Notes under the pieces: model-generated
Database searches by the model: none
The model's input: the letters and a program-made list of their open reading frames with translations, nothing else
What the model was told of the DNA's origin: nothing
Shown here: piece by piece, positions 51,490 to 62,664 of the stretch
How the letters are laid out: every line of letters starts with the position of its first letter
Position numbering within the stretch: the stretch's first letter is position 1
Position numbers and translations under genes: made by a program
Assembly: GCA_963702205.1 (NCBI GenBank)
Contig: OY969724.1
Span: forward strand, 384,001 to 448,000
DNA: 64,000 bases
Source of the DNA: an uncultured candidate division Zixibacteria bacterium
GTDB taxonomy: Bacteria > Zixibacteria > MSB-5A5 > GN15 > PGXB01
Direction of reading: 5' to 3'

Positions 51490-52353
51490 TTAATGTGCAT
51501 GCTCCTCGTGGGGCAGCATCAGCAAAATGTATATCGCCGACAAAAGCGTAAACACCAAAGCCTGTATCGTCGACAGCAGCAGCCCCAGAAAATAAAACGG
51601 GAACTGCAGCGGCAGCCCGACTGGAAGGAACGACAGTATCGCCACACCGAGCCCGACAAACACCGCGATCAAAACGTCCTCACCGGTGATGTTGCCGAAC
51701 AGACGAAGCGACAGGCTGAGCGGCTTGGCCAGTTCCCCGATGATGTGCAGCGGGAACATAATTATTACCATCACCCACGAGACCGCGTCGCGCGGCGACC
51801 CGGCCAGGTGATCGAGATAGCCGATTATCCCCAGCCGCCTGATACCGGTGTACTGGGCGTACAGGAACACTATCACCGCCAGGGCGACGGTCGTGTTTAA
51901 ATTTGTCGTCGGAGAATGGGCCAGAGGAACCATACCCATCCAGTTCATAACCAAAATATAAAAAAAGAGCGTTCCCAGAAACGGGGTGTACTTACGGGCT
52001 TCCTTGCCGAGGATCGTCTGCATGAAATTGTACATGCTCTCGACCAGCATTTCGACCGCGTTCTGGAACGGCCCCGGAATCATCTGACGTTTCCTGTATA
52101 CCGATACCGCGATGATGCACAGGAAAATGGCCGCGGCAAAAGCATAAATGATGTTGACCCAGGTGTGAGCGAGGCTTTCGTGTCCGAACACCATGCTGAT
52201 AAGGCTCGGCAGCTGCGGGGTCGGGCTTTCATGTCCCCCGCCTTCGTGCCCGGCCGCCGCTCCGTGTTCGGCACTTCCGGTGGTCGTGGCAAAAATAAGC
52301 GGCATCCACTTGCCGATGGCCATGCACATCAGATGCATATAGTATATCAACAT
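51490..52353 (-). CDS. atpB: ATP synthase Fo a
   Basis: PGPFQN, SLSLRLFGNI, IQALVFTLLS. Confidence 0.97.
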   Translation of the reverse strand: MLIYYMHLMCMAIGKWMPLIFATTTGSAEHGAAAGHEGGGHESPTPQLPSLISMVFGHESLAHTWVNIIYAFAAAIFLCIIAVSVYRKRQMIPGPFQNAVEMLVESMYNFMQTILGKEARKYTPFLGTLFFYILVMNWMGMVPLAHSPTTNLNTTVALAVIVFLYAQYTGIRRLGIIGYLDHLAGSPRDAVSWVMVIIMFPLHIIGELAKPLSLSLRLFGNITGEDVLIAVFVGLGVAILSFLPVGLPLQFPFYFLGLLLSTIQALVFTLLSAIYILLMLPHEEHAH

Positions 52354-52769
52354 CAGGCAGCCTCCTGCTGGCGTTCGTGATTGGGCTTCTTATTGTCCAG
52401 TCCGAGCAGCACCCGGCCCAGGACCTTCAAAAACATGACCGCAAGCGGTACCGAAAAACCGATGACCAGATAACCGACACTGAACATCGGGACCTGTATA
52501 AGAAAATATCCCGCCAAATACAAAAGCGGGACTTTTATGAACAGCAAAACCAGGGCAACGACTTTGTCCGGGCCCTCGGGTCGAATCGTAGCTCGAATCA
52601 AAAGCGCGAGAAAGTACAAATTGATGATCGACCAGATTGCCCCGGAAACCACGGCGAGGACGTCATAGAAAGCGAAGTGCAACGTTCCCAGAGCAAGAAA
52701 CAGCAGGATCAGGACGGCCGTAGTTTTCAATGTCCGGTCGATAAAAGATATGTCCATCGAAGCGGTCAT
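52353..52769 (-). CDS. atpI: ATP synthase protein I
   Basis: Four TM segments, GAIWSIIN motif, immediately upstream of atpB. Confidence 0.8.
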   Translation of the reverse strand: MTASMDISFIDRTLKTTAVLILLFLALGTLHFAFYDVLAVVSGAIWSIINLYFLALLIRATIRPEGPDKVVALVLLFIKVPLLYLAGYFLIQVPMFSVGYLVIGFSVPLAVMFLKVLGRVLLGLDNKKPNHERQQEAA

Positions 52770-53014
52770 TAGTCCTCGGATTCGCGGTTAGCCTCTTTTA
52801 TTATCTTTATGGTCTCTTTTATCGCCGCTCCGAATCCCAGCGCGATAAAGACGACCATCAGATAGGGGCCGGTGCCGAGTTTGGTGTCGAGCCAGTTGCC
52901 TATCACATAACCTATCAGCGGCGCGACGCCGATCATCAACGGAATGACGCCCAGTAGTCCGACGGTTCGAAGATTCCGTCCTCCACCTTTCGGTGACTTA
53001 AAAAATCCGGGCAC
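52769..53014 (-). CDS. atpZ: AtpZ/AtpI-like two-TM protein
   Basis: IGYVIGNWLDTKLGTGPYL motif. Start taken at GTG 53014. Confidence 0.8.
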   Translation of the reverse strand: MPGFFKSPKGGGRNLRTVGLLGVIPLMIGVAPLIGYVIGNWLDTKLGTGPYLMVVFIALGFGAAIKETIKIIKEANRESED

Positions 53015-53043
53015 TTGCCACCCATCCTTAAAATTAAATTTTG

Positions 53044-53071
53044 AAAATATGAATTTCGGATTAAATGTCAA
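53044..53071 (-). promoter_or_regulatory. Putative sigma70 promoter of the atp operon
   Basis: Minus strand TTGACA, 16 bp, TATTTT upstream of atpZ. Confidence 0.45.
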
Positions 53072-53287
53072 GCCCGATTCGCGATATTTTGTTATTTTTT
53101 TCACAAACAGGCCGAAAAAAAAGCCCGGAATTATATAACGGCGTTGATATTGCCCGAATTCAATAAACGATATCAACCAAAATTCCGCGAATGTCTTCAA
53201 AATTGATCAATCATCTTGCGTCAGAATCAGGATCAGATTAAATTGCAGCCAACCTTTGATTGTCAAAATCTAATACTGGGGGTCGCT

Positions 53288-53866
53288 ATGAAAAAGGCCA
53301 TCATTTGTCTTATTTTTTTAACTCTGATATGCGCGCTTCAGGCCAACGCCTTTAATGGAAGACGAAAGGGCTTTGTTTTGGGTTTGGGGGCGGGCTATGG
53401 ACCAATTGCGCGAAACTCCAATGAATCCCCCAAATTTAGGAACTTCAATAATAGCGGACTTGCTTCCAGTTTTTTTATCGGCCACGGCTGGTATAATAAA
53501 TCCTTGATTGCGATTTATTTCGAAGGCATCTCCTATAAGGAATCGCTTTCTCATATATTAGTCGAATATTCCAGAGGAAAAGTTGACGTTGAGCAGGGAT
53601 TCGCCGGACTAACCTTTTTTCAATATGGCCGGGCACATTCGCCTTCCCCATTTTTTATGTTTGGAGCCGGCTTTCAGTTATGGGTAACCGACGACGACCA
53701 TTTTGGCAGCAATAATGCGGGTATCGGTTTCTTATTCGGGGGAGGCTATGAATTCAAACGACATTTCCAGGCTTATGCAAGTCTGGGGGTCGGCAATACA
53801 ACGCGCGATCGATCGAAATTTAGTCACGTTCAACTAATATTGGGCATCTCGGCTATGGCCTATTAG
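53288..53866 (+). CDS. Small outer-membrane beta-barrel-like protein
   Basis: Signal peptide MKKAIICLIFL; GFVLGLGAGY, GFLFGGGYEF, C-terminal aromatic Y. Confidence 0.65.
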   Translation: MKKAIICLIFLTLICALQANAFNGRRKGFVLGLGAGYGPIARNSNESPKFRNFNNSGLASSFFIGHGWYNKSLIAIYFEGISYKESLSHILVEYSRGKVDVEQGFAGLTFFQYGRAHSPSPFFMFGAGFQLWVTDDDHFGSNNAGIGFLFGGGYEFKRHFQAYASLGVGNTTRDRSKFSHVQLILGISAMAY

Positions 53867-53949
53867 CGACGGCAGGTCCGAAGCTTTAAAATTATGTAAC
53901 CTGAATCGTAATGCGGTCAGCAGGAATATACCTGTCGGCCGCAATACCC

Positions 53950-54528
53950 CTATCCTCTTCTGGTATTATTGGCGATGGCGGCGAGAGCGCGGCACAACTC
54001 GGCCAGGAAACGCGAGACGACTATAATTATGAACCCCATTATCGGCATGATAATGATCGCCGAGAAACCGATATTTAAGAAGCCCAGTCCCAGACTCTGA
54101 CCGAGCATACTGCCCTGTCCGCCGAGAAAGATCGACGCGAACACCGATAACAGGGTCCCGACAATCGCGACAAAAGTCCCCAGCCACTCTCCGAAAGTCT
54201 GGATGAAATGAGCGAAGACCGGCGTGACGATGAAATCGTCGCCCATCGACGAGGTCGCGTTGACTTTCGCTTTGCGGTCCCACCAGAGCTGGAATCCGAT
54301 CCAGCAGGCCGCGGCGATAATTATCCACGCGAAAAAGAATCCAAAGAAGTATTTGGCGGGAAGCTGAAAGATATGGTTGGCAATAGCCTGATACAAAACA
54401 TAGAACGGCAGCAGCAGATTGAGCGCCGCCATGAGGGTGTAGAGCCAGCCGAACGGTTGACGGAACAGGTTTCCCGAATCGATAAATTTCAGATACGGGG
54501 AAATGAAGTTGAAGAATTTGCTGTCCAT
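53950..54528 (-). CDS. Hypothetical membrane protein (4 TM)
   Basis: AAGGAG RBS before ATG 54528; hydrophobic segments; ends RFLAE...AIANNT. Confidence 0.7.
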   Translation of the reverse strand: MDSKFFNFISPYLKFIDSGNLFRQPFGWLYTLMAALNLLLPFYVLYQAIANHIFQLPAKYFFGFFFAWIIIAAACWIGFQLWWDRKAKVNATSSMGDDFIVTPVFAHFIQTFGEWLGTFVAIVGTLLSVFASIFLGGQGSMLGQSLGLGFLNIGFSAIIIMPIMGFIIIVVSRFLAELCRALAAIANNTRRG

Positions 54529-54674
54529 CGGACTCTCCTTTTTTAAATCCATTGAAATTTCTTCGGCCATTTCACCAATAACCGTAATTGACACTGTAAA
54601 TACGTATTTATGGAGCTATTGTGTCAATGTTTTTGATAAGGGCCGTGATTGGGCGGACGAATAAATTCAGGAGA

Positions 54675-54898
54675 TCAGCGCGCTTTGGGTTTTACACCTG
54701 TAATCAGCCCGATATTACCCGGCAGGCGGCGGAATCTGACCAAGGAAAACCCGGCTTTCTCGAGCAATTCCTTGACGCTTTCTTTCCCCTTCATCTTTCC
54801 GCTGCAAGCTCACACCTCGACGCACCGTACACCGACTCAATATCGAGCTTCTCCAAAACTTTTTTGGGCAGCTTATCTAATGTCAATTCTCTGGACAA
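54675..54898 (-). pseudogene. Internally deleted SAM-dependent (O-)methyltransferase remnant
   Basis: LSRELTLDKLPKKVLEKLDIESVYGASRCELAAER* (N-terminal dimerisation-like) is joined out of frame to MKGKESVKELLEKAGFSLVRFRRLPGNIGLITGVKPKAR* (typical methyltransferase C-terminus). Confidence 0.5.
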
Positions 54899-54911
54899 AA
54901 TGGATAATTCC

Positions 54912-55070
54912 GTGGGCGGCAGATGTCCACAGGTCTCCTGATTCCGAGAAGGATCTGCCCCTCTTCAATCATAACCAACTGAAACTTATTATTGGCGAGC
55001 TATGCTACACCTTCTTCTTTTTTCCTTGCTCATTCCATCGCTCGGGCACTTGTGGACAAAGGCCGCGTGC
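54912..55070. repeat. Degenerate copy of the REP-like element at 62696-62829
   Basis: GTGGGCGGCAGATGTCCACA at 54912-54931 and CGCTCGGGCACTTGTGGACAA at 55039-55059 are identical to segments at 62696 and 62748. Confidence 0.8.
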
Positions 55071-55148
55071 AAATATTGAAATACGGACGGATTGGCAAGA
55101 TAAAAGAAATTAAGATGCTCGGATCACGGCAGTATTGTCTTGCAGTTG

Positions 55149-58100
55149 TTATGAAAGGTATAGCGTAAAACCACTTAAACGTAATTTGTTTTGCTCGATC
55201 AATTTATCGGCGATGGAATTAATCACCTCACAACGTTCAGAACGGGCTTTTCCATAACCAAATAACGTTAAAATTGCTTTTGGCAACTCATCCTTCGAAA
55301 AACCAAATTGATCTTCAACTAGATACAATATTGAGTTTTCTATTTCTTCCGGTGCCACCAACTCTATATCCCTTTTTATACCGGGCGCGGGTAATCTAAA
55401 ACCCACAGGTCTTTTTTCATCCTTATAAATGAAACCAGAATTATTTATTAAGAATCCTTTTGATTTTGCAGCTATAGAAAGTGCATGTTTAATATTATTA
55501 AGTATGTTTGATCCTGCTCTAGAAAAGCCACATATCTCCTTCAACCGATCTACAAGGATATTCTCATGCAATGGCGATTCATAAATTACTATATCGCTAA
55601 TTATACTAATTAAATCGTATTTAACTGTATGGTTCATTGATATTTTCGAAATGTCGTATTTTTCATAAACCTCCCCTTCTTTATATTTCCTTATAAAAGA
55701 TCCATTCTTCCTATTCTCATTATCATTAATGGCCGCGAAAATTTCAGTATTATTGCCATTAACTTCACTAATTGGGTTCGCTTGAATGGATTCATTGATT
55801 GGAGCTGAATAGGCCAGTTCTAGACTATTCAAAATTGATTTCAGGGCGTTTTCTCTGTCGCGAAACCAGTCGGTCGACCAAAGCCGATGAATCTTCCAAC
55901 CTTGTGCTCGCAAAATTTCATGACGGAGCAGATCCCTGTCTCGTGCTGTTTTCGCGCTGTGATATGTTGCCCCATCACATTCTATAGCCATGATGTAACG
56001 GCTCTTTTCCCTTTTATCTCGGATGGCCAAATCTATCCTAAATGAGCCTGCTCCGACCTGCTCGTCGACATCAAGGCCTAAACTCCTAAGGGCTTCGGCG
56101 ACTCCATCTTCAAAATCATTTGTTTCATGAAAAGTGGTTTTCGCCGGAGTAAATGGTATATTGCAATTCATCTCGGTATACTGAATAAAATTGCGAAGCA
56201 TAGTCGCGCCTTTATTCGCCGGGTTTACGGCGCTTAATTCATAACTCTGGAGACTAGTAACCAATATTGTTTGATATTTCGCGCGCGTAACAAGAACATT
56301 TAATCGTCGCCAGCCTCCATCCCGGTTTAAAGGGCCGAAATTGAGGCTCAAGCTTCCATCAATTGTTTTTCCATAGCCCACACTTATAATTATCGTGTCT
56401 CGTTCGTCACCCTGAACATTTTCTAGGGATTTAATGAAGAATGGCTCTGGCCTATTTTTATCAATAAATGACATTAAATCCGGGCGTTTTTCAATTTCAT
56501 CATCCAGAAAATATTCAATTGCTTCCTTCTGGGCTGCATTCATAGCAACCACACCTACTGTCCTCTCAGGGAATTTTGCAAAATTCTCTACAATCAATTC
56601 CACAACACGTCTTGCTTCAACTCTATTGGTTCGACTCCGTCCCTTATCCCAAATTCCATCAGAAGTATAAACGAGTTTCACCCCTCCGGCTTCATTATTA
56701 ATGGCTGCTTGTGGAAAAGTAATCAGCAGATTATCGTAGAAAAAATGATTAGAAAAATTGATGAGTCGTTCATCCCTGCTTCGATAGTGCCATATAATTT
56801 TGGATTCTTCAAATACCGGCTTTATTGCAACACATTCATCAAGAAGTGATTCAAGAGGCTCATTTTCATCCGATGTATCATTTAAACTATCCTGATCAAA
56901 GATTGTGGAAGCCAAAAAGAACGATGTCGGAGGTAATTGATTTTCATCTCCCGCCACCACCACTTGTTTTGCCCTCAAGATTGAAGGAATGGCGTCAGGC
57001 GTTGGAAGTTGCGATGCTTCATCAAATACAACCAAGTCAAAAGTTATCCCATCTGGCTTTAAAAATGTGGATACAGAAATTGGACTCATTAGCAAGCAAG
57101 GTTTAATGGCTTGTAGGACATGTGGTATTTCTGCAAAAAGCTTCCTTAACGGTTTAATGCGTTTCCGTTTCTGCAATTCTCGTCTCAGTATGCCAATTTC
57201 CCCAGCATCACCATATCCATAATCTGCCATTGCTACTTTTTGTGCAGGTTCCGATGCAATTAGATGAATTTGTTTAATGGCTGCAATTCGAATTTTCAAA
57301 TCAATTTCTTCAAATTTACGAATCAGTTCCTCTCTAGAGACACCGCTAAATTCACGCAGTATGGGATTTTTGTCACATGAGGCACCTATCCAACGTCGAA
57401 GAAACATCTTTTGAAATATTTCCGGTGCATCAGCAACACTAATACCATCCATAGCATCAAGAAATGATTTAAGCCCCACAATACGACATTTGCCAATAAT
57501 GCTTTGAAGAGCAAGCCATTCGTGAAATTTATTTATAGAACTTAGAATTTCATTACATCGCGTTGATACCACGCTCATGTTTGCCCGATACATTGTACTG
57601 TTCTCGATAAAACCCTGTGGCCATGATGATTCTATATAGGACATGGCCAACTGCAGTTTTTCCCCAGTAAGTATATCTATGATCCGCTTTGCGGATTCAC
57701 TAATATTTGATAAAAGACGCGCATTTCCGCTTACACAACGAATTATATTTTTTTCCATCGCAATTCTAAGACAATATGCGAGATGAAATTCATCACGAGC
57801 TTTACTTAGCGCAATAGAATCATTTATGGGATCGGCCGCAAATTCACCCAGCCTTTTCCCTTCATTATTAAACCACTCTTCTATTTCCACAATTGTCTTT
57901 GAAAGCTCACGATAGGCCAAAAGTGAAGCAAAAATAAATTAACATTCGCCAATAACTTGCTTTTTACTTCTGATCTCCACTTCCAGTATTTTAGATTGAA
58001 AATCCGAGTCCAATATTTAAACTTATGGTCCAAAAGTTGAAGTAGATCATAAAGTTCATGTGCATCATAAGATGTAATTGACTTCACCTGAGATTTAATA

Positions 58101-59890
58101 ATATGGTATTTTTCTGATTTCTCTTTTCCTGCAATACAAAGTTTTTCAAGTTGTTCGATTTCTACCGATGATGAATCTAGCCACATGCTAGGTAATTTTT
58201 CACATTTAACCAATGATTCAAAAATAGGCAACAAATTCCGCAGATCTGAAAGGTTGAATTCATCTTCAGTTGGCACCATTATGACTTTCATCTCGGCAAC
58301 AAAGCAATTCAATCGCTCTAATAACTCAACCATAATTGAAAGATTTTTCTTAATAGAATCTATATCAAAAGGCTCAGTCTCCTCAATTTTAACTCCTCGC
58401 CAAGGATGAAAATGTTTTTTCGCATAAACATCGGCTCGCAGGCTCAAATCCTCTAACAGTTCTGTGATGTCACGAATCTGGCTATGGCTGCAATCTAGAA
58501 TATTTTCCCATGGCAAATCTGATTCCACTGTTGGGAAACCAAATAATTTTTCTAGTTTCCCAATTGCTTGATAAATCGTCATTTCAAGAGGTTTACGTTT
58601 TATATGAATTTCTCTGACATATTCATTTAGGCGTACTCGAATACGCTTCAAATTGTCGAGTTGATTATTAAATTCATCATTCTCTCCATTAGAAGACAAT
58701 TCAAGTGTTCGTTTGAGTTCCTCAATAATTTTAGTCTTGCCGGCTTTTGTGCTATGTGCTTCTAAACAGAATCGTTGCAATCCAAGACTGACAAGTCTAT
58801 CATATACGACATCTAATGCCGCCATTTTTGCACTTACAAACAAAACCCGTTTTCCTCTGCCTATTGCATCTGCGATAAGATTACAAATGGTTTGACTCTT
58901 GCCGGTTCCAGGTGGCCCATGTACAACAACGTGTTTACCCAAGGAAACCATTGTTAAAGCGTGCAGTTGAGATGCATCAGCTGGTAATACTGGAACAGGA
59001 ACAATTTTTGGGATTTCGAGCTTGTCCAGATTATCCCCCAAAGCCTCCGATTTTTCATTAATCATCCGGGCTTGTGCAAATGCAGCAATTACTGGGTTAG
59101 TTTGTGACAATTCAGTCATTGCCTCTAAATCCTTGTAAATTACCAAGGATTCAAATGAAAAAGTGCTTAACCAGATTGCTTCTTCTACTTTCCATCCGGG
59201 CTCAGCAACACTTGAGGCAATTTGACTCAAGATTGATTGTAACGTCTCCAAATTTGGTTGGTCATCCAAGGCTGGCAATTTGATATGGTGTTTTTCTCTA
59301 AGAAATAATTCAAGCGCGGGATTGATTTGAACTTCTTCATCCGTCATCTTAAGCCGCATATGAGCGCTGGGCCCGTGATTTACTATTTCACATGGTACAA
59401 GAATAATAGGAGATATTGATTCCCCGAGTGCTTGATCAAACCATAATAGCTGACCAAATGTAAGATGCAAAGTTGTCACACCGCGCTCTTCAACTGTCAT
59501 TCGTCCGTTGTCGTAAATCCTTCTCTGGAGTCGACGGAGATCCTTTGGTATGGCATTAAATGCAATATCTCCTTCTATTATTTCATATTCATCCAAGCCC
59601 TCAATTTCCGAAATGCCCTGTAATTCGTCCACATCCTTGTTTGGCGGATTCCTTTTAACCAAGGGCATCTTTAACACATCGCCGTTGATTACTATCCTAG
59701 AAAAAAGTGATGCTCCATCTTTTTCCTTCACTTGAAGTTTGCTCATTCGGGATCGGTTAATCCCTAGAAGTGGATTATTTTTTGATAAATCCAGAAGTCG
59801 TTCGCGCCATTTTTTTAATTGCAAATCTATGCGAACATTATCAAATTTATTTGATGTTATATTTTCTGATGACATATCAATAACGCTCAA
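55149..59890 (-). CDS. DUF4011 + SF1 helicase (AAA_11/AAA_12) + Vsr/MTES_1575-like endonuclease + DUF3320-like protein; Hhe-like anti-phage candidate (about 1580 aa once one frameshift is corrected)
   Basis: WRERLLDLSKNNPLL, ADASQ, HGPPGTGKSQTI, LFVSAKMAAL, PCLLMSPISVS, FDEASQ, GDENQLPPT, WHYRS, ENVQGDERD, RRLNVLVTRAK, FRIDLAI, AIECDGATYH, RDRD, GWKIHRLWSTDW. One base is missing in the A5 run at 57930-57934. AT-rich. Confidence 0.88.
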
Positions 59891-59967
59891 AAACTCCTAA
59901 GCGAAACCAATGAATACAGATGATTTGAATAAATATAAATAGAAACTTATAATTTCAAAGACTTTTC

Positions 59968-60008
59968 TTAAAACCTATAGCCGGCGCTGACGCGGAAGGT
60001 TTCGTCGA
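59968..60008 (-). repeat. Duplicated 3' end of the porV-like gene (att-like direct repeat of 61660-61700)
   Basis: 59969-60008 matches 61661-61700 at 38/40; both encode DETFRVSAGYRF-stop on the minus strand. Confidence 0.92.
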
Positions 60009-60051
60009 ATGATATCTTGTTTCGGAATTATTATGGAAACGAGAATAACGG

Positions 60052-61527
60052 TTATGACACCTTTACCGCCTGTGTAAACAAACTCCTGTGCGCAATGCTG
60101 TGAATATTGCAAAATTCAATCCATTGATTTTGAGTCAATTTGCCATCGGTCAGCTCAGGAATTACCGAAAACGGATTTAGCTTGGCATCGCCCTTCGTAA
60201 AGAGAATTTCTTCGCCCAGTCTTTTATGGAAATTCCAGTCATCCTGCAACAGCATCAATCCCAATCCGGCCGAGAGGATAAACTGCAGCCGGTGAATTAT
60301 ATAAGGAAACTCTATTTGGGGGATAATCTTTCTCGAATCAATCATTTTCATACAGTCAATCGGATTTTTGACAATTTCCGGCAGTTTATCAGGAGTGACT
60401 TGCTGAAGCAACTTCGTAAATCCCTTAAGGTCGTTTTCCCAGTTGGAAATATATAACGGAGCCACATCATCGTCCCAGGACATTGGTTTCAGGGTCTTGA
60501 AATAGTCGTATTTTATAGTGGATTTCAGAATTGCCCGTTCGAGTCTTTCGGGATCCTTGACAAGGTTTATGGCCGGTGTGGGATCGATTTTGCCGCCGTC
60601 ACAATTCATTGCAGCAATCGCGTTTAGTCTTTCCTTTATGGTTGGATGTGAATCGTACTCATCGGTCTTTGTCCTTTTCAGCTCATCCTGTATTGCCTCG
60701 GTCATTTTTTTCTGTATGGTGTCCATTTTAAGATACCGACTGAATCCTTCAAGAAACGGCGGCAACAAACCTGATTCTATCATGGGCGCAAACTCATCGC
60801 TCCAATATTCTCCAAACGCCGCTCCTTTCATTGCTGATGTCTCAAGGGCGTCAATCACCACGTCTTTGCCCACCAATGTGGCGGACAGTTTGTCGGCTAC
60901 AAATTCCTGACTTCTGGAAACCCCGCTGGTGACTTTAAGAATCTTTTTCCCGTACCATTTGAACGGCAATTGCATTATTGAACGATTGTTTTGAAGGCTC
61001 GTTAACGTTCGTTCGATTGCCGCATGAATACGATATATCCTGGAACCGATGGAAGTATCGCCGTTGTAATAGTGTCCGAATTCATGGGCGATTATCGCTT
61101 TGAACTGTGCAATATTGACTTCCTTTAACAACGGCAGTCCCAGTCCCATGATCCTGTCGCCGCCGAAACCGCCGACACCGCCCCGCTCCGCCACCCAGGC
61201 ATTGAAATCATAAACCAGATAAACGTGATCGGGCATCCGCTGAGCGGTTTTTTTTGCCATTTCAGCTATAATCTCAAATAACTTCGGATTGGCCGAAGGC
61301 GTCAATAACGGACCCGGAGGAACAAATTTATCCCTGCGAGGAGCCGCGGCCCAGAGAATCGTTATCCCGGTAATCAGACAGACGAAAACCACCCTGAAAT
61401 ATATGTGACCGGTTATATACGCCAATATAATCGGGATAGAGAGGACTCCCAGACCAAGTATCAGAGCCATCGCGTAGAATCCTATGGTCAATGCCAATGC
61501 AATGGTAGCTCGTCTGGATAATGACAT
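60052..61527 (-). CDS. M48 (HtpX/Ste24-like) membrane metallopeptidase
   Basis: N-terminal TMs, FNAWV, LGLPLL, AHEFGH (HExxH), SRSQEFVAD, YDSHPTIKER. Confidence 0.88.
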   Translation of the reverse strand: MSLSRRATIALALTIGFYAMALILGLGVLSIPIILAYITGHIYFRVVFVCLITGITILWAAAPRRDKFVPPGPLLTPSANPKLFEIIAEMAKKTAQRMPDHVYLVYDFNAWVAERGGVGGFGGDRIMGLGLPLLKEVNIAQFKAIIAHEFGHYYNGDTSIGSRIYRIHAAIERTLTSLQNNRSIMQLPFKWYGKKILKVTSGVSRSQEFVADKLSATLVGKDVVIDALETSAMKGAAFGEYWSDEFAPMIESGLLPPFLEGFSRYLKMDTIQKKMTEAIQDELKRTKTDEYDSHPTIKERLNAIAAMNCDGGKIDPTPAINLVKDPERLERAILKSTIKYDYFKTLKPMSWDDDVAPLYISNWENDLKGFTKLLQQVTPDKLPEIVKNPIDCMKMIDSRKIIPQIEFPYIIHRLQFILSAGLGLMLLQDDWNFHKRLGEEILFTKGDAKLNPFSVIPELTDGKLTQNQWIEFCNIHSIAHRSLFTQAVKVS

Positions 61528-61659
61528 TTCTTTGGTCAGAAGACCTCCCGGATTGGAGTGATATATTCATTAGAAATATCGGCATTGAGAATCGACGAAA
61601 TTACAGAAATATCAATGATTGTCAGAAATTGAACAGACGGACTCTATATCGGAGAAATT

Positions 61660-62601
61660 CTAAAACCGATATCCGGCGCTGACGCGGAAGGTTTCGTCGA
61701 GATCGGCATTGTGAAGATAGGCCAAGTCGACCGTGATGTTATTGATGTTTACCCCCACCCCGCCGGTGAAATTGCCGATGTCAAACCCGGCCCGCCCGAA
61801 CACCATCTCGCGATATCCGACCTCCAGGCCGAAGTGCGTGTCGAGCGAAATATTTCCCTGATAAAACTGCGCGGCGTACTTGATCCCCTCGAACTTGATG
61901 TCGCCCGACCCGACCAGCCGCCCCGTGAAATCGTACTTACTATAGTGCAGCATGATACCCGGCTTGACCGTCGGTAATACCGACTCGGTCGTCCCGCCGC
62001 TGTAGCGTATGAATCCCGACGTGATATCGGTCACCATCAGGCCCAGGCGGGCGTACTTATGAACGTCGTACAGCGCCCCGACGTCGAGCGTCAGTCCGTA
62101 CCCCGAGATGGTCGGCATATCGCGATAGATGACGCGCACCGTCGCGCCGACGTCGACCTTGTCTTTGATCTTCCCCGACGCCGATGCCCCGAGCATATAG
62201 TCACCGTGCGATTCCTCGCGCACCACGAAATAGCGACGCGTGACGGCGTCGAAATCGGTGATCTTGATGCCGCCCCCGCCGAGGTAATAGAAATAGAACC
62301 CGTAGGCTTTCAAAGAAAACTGATCGTCCACTCGGCGGCGGGCATAGCCGACAAAATCGTGATTGAGCAGCGAACCGAACGTCTCGGCGTGCATCGCGAT
62401 GATGTTGTGACCGCTAAGGTAATTCAACCCGGCCGGGTTCCAGTACGCAGCGGAGGCGTCGAACGGCCCGGCGATGACCGCTCCACCCATAGCCAGCGCG
62501 CGCGCACCGACTCCGAGGGAGAACGGCTCTCCGGCGTACTTGGCGGCGTTCGCGGTGAGGGCAGAAAACGCGATCAGAAACAAAATCAATAATCTTCGCA
62601 T
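61660..62601 (-). CDS. PorV/PorQ (UPF0164)-like outer membrane protein
   Basis: Signal peptide; LGVGARALAMGGA...AAYWNPAGL; DVGALY; C-terminal RVSAGYRF. Confidence 0.8.
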   Translation of the reverse strand: MRRLLILFLIAFSALTANAAKYAGEPFSLGVGARALAMGGAVIAGPFDASAAYWNPAGLNYLSGHNIIAMHAETFGSLLNHDFVGYARRRVDDQFSLKAYGFYFYYLGGGGIKITDFDAVTRRYFVVREESHGDYMLGASASGKIKDKVDVGATVRVIYRDMPTISGYGLTLDVGALYDVHKYARLGLMVTDITSGFIRYSGGTTESVLPTVKPGIMLHYSKYDFTGRLVGSGDIKFEGIKYAAQFYQGNISLDTHFGLEVGYREMVFGRAGFDIGNFTGGVGVNINNITVDLAYLHNADLDETFRVSAGYRF

Positions 62602-62664
62602 ATCCAATTATATATACGCTTTAGAGCTTTGGCAATCCAAACTGCAAAGAAAAAAGTCGCTCTT

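Noticed and set aside
53200..62000. Prophage or integrative element
   Set aside because: No integrase, transposase, phage or conjugation genes were recognised; only accessory genes and repeats.
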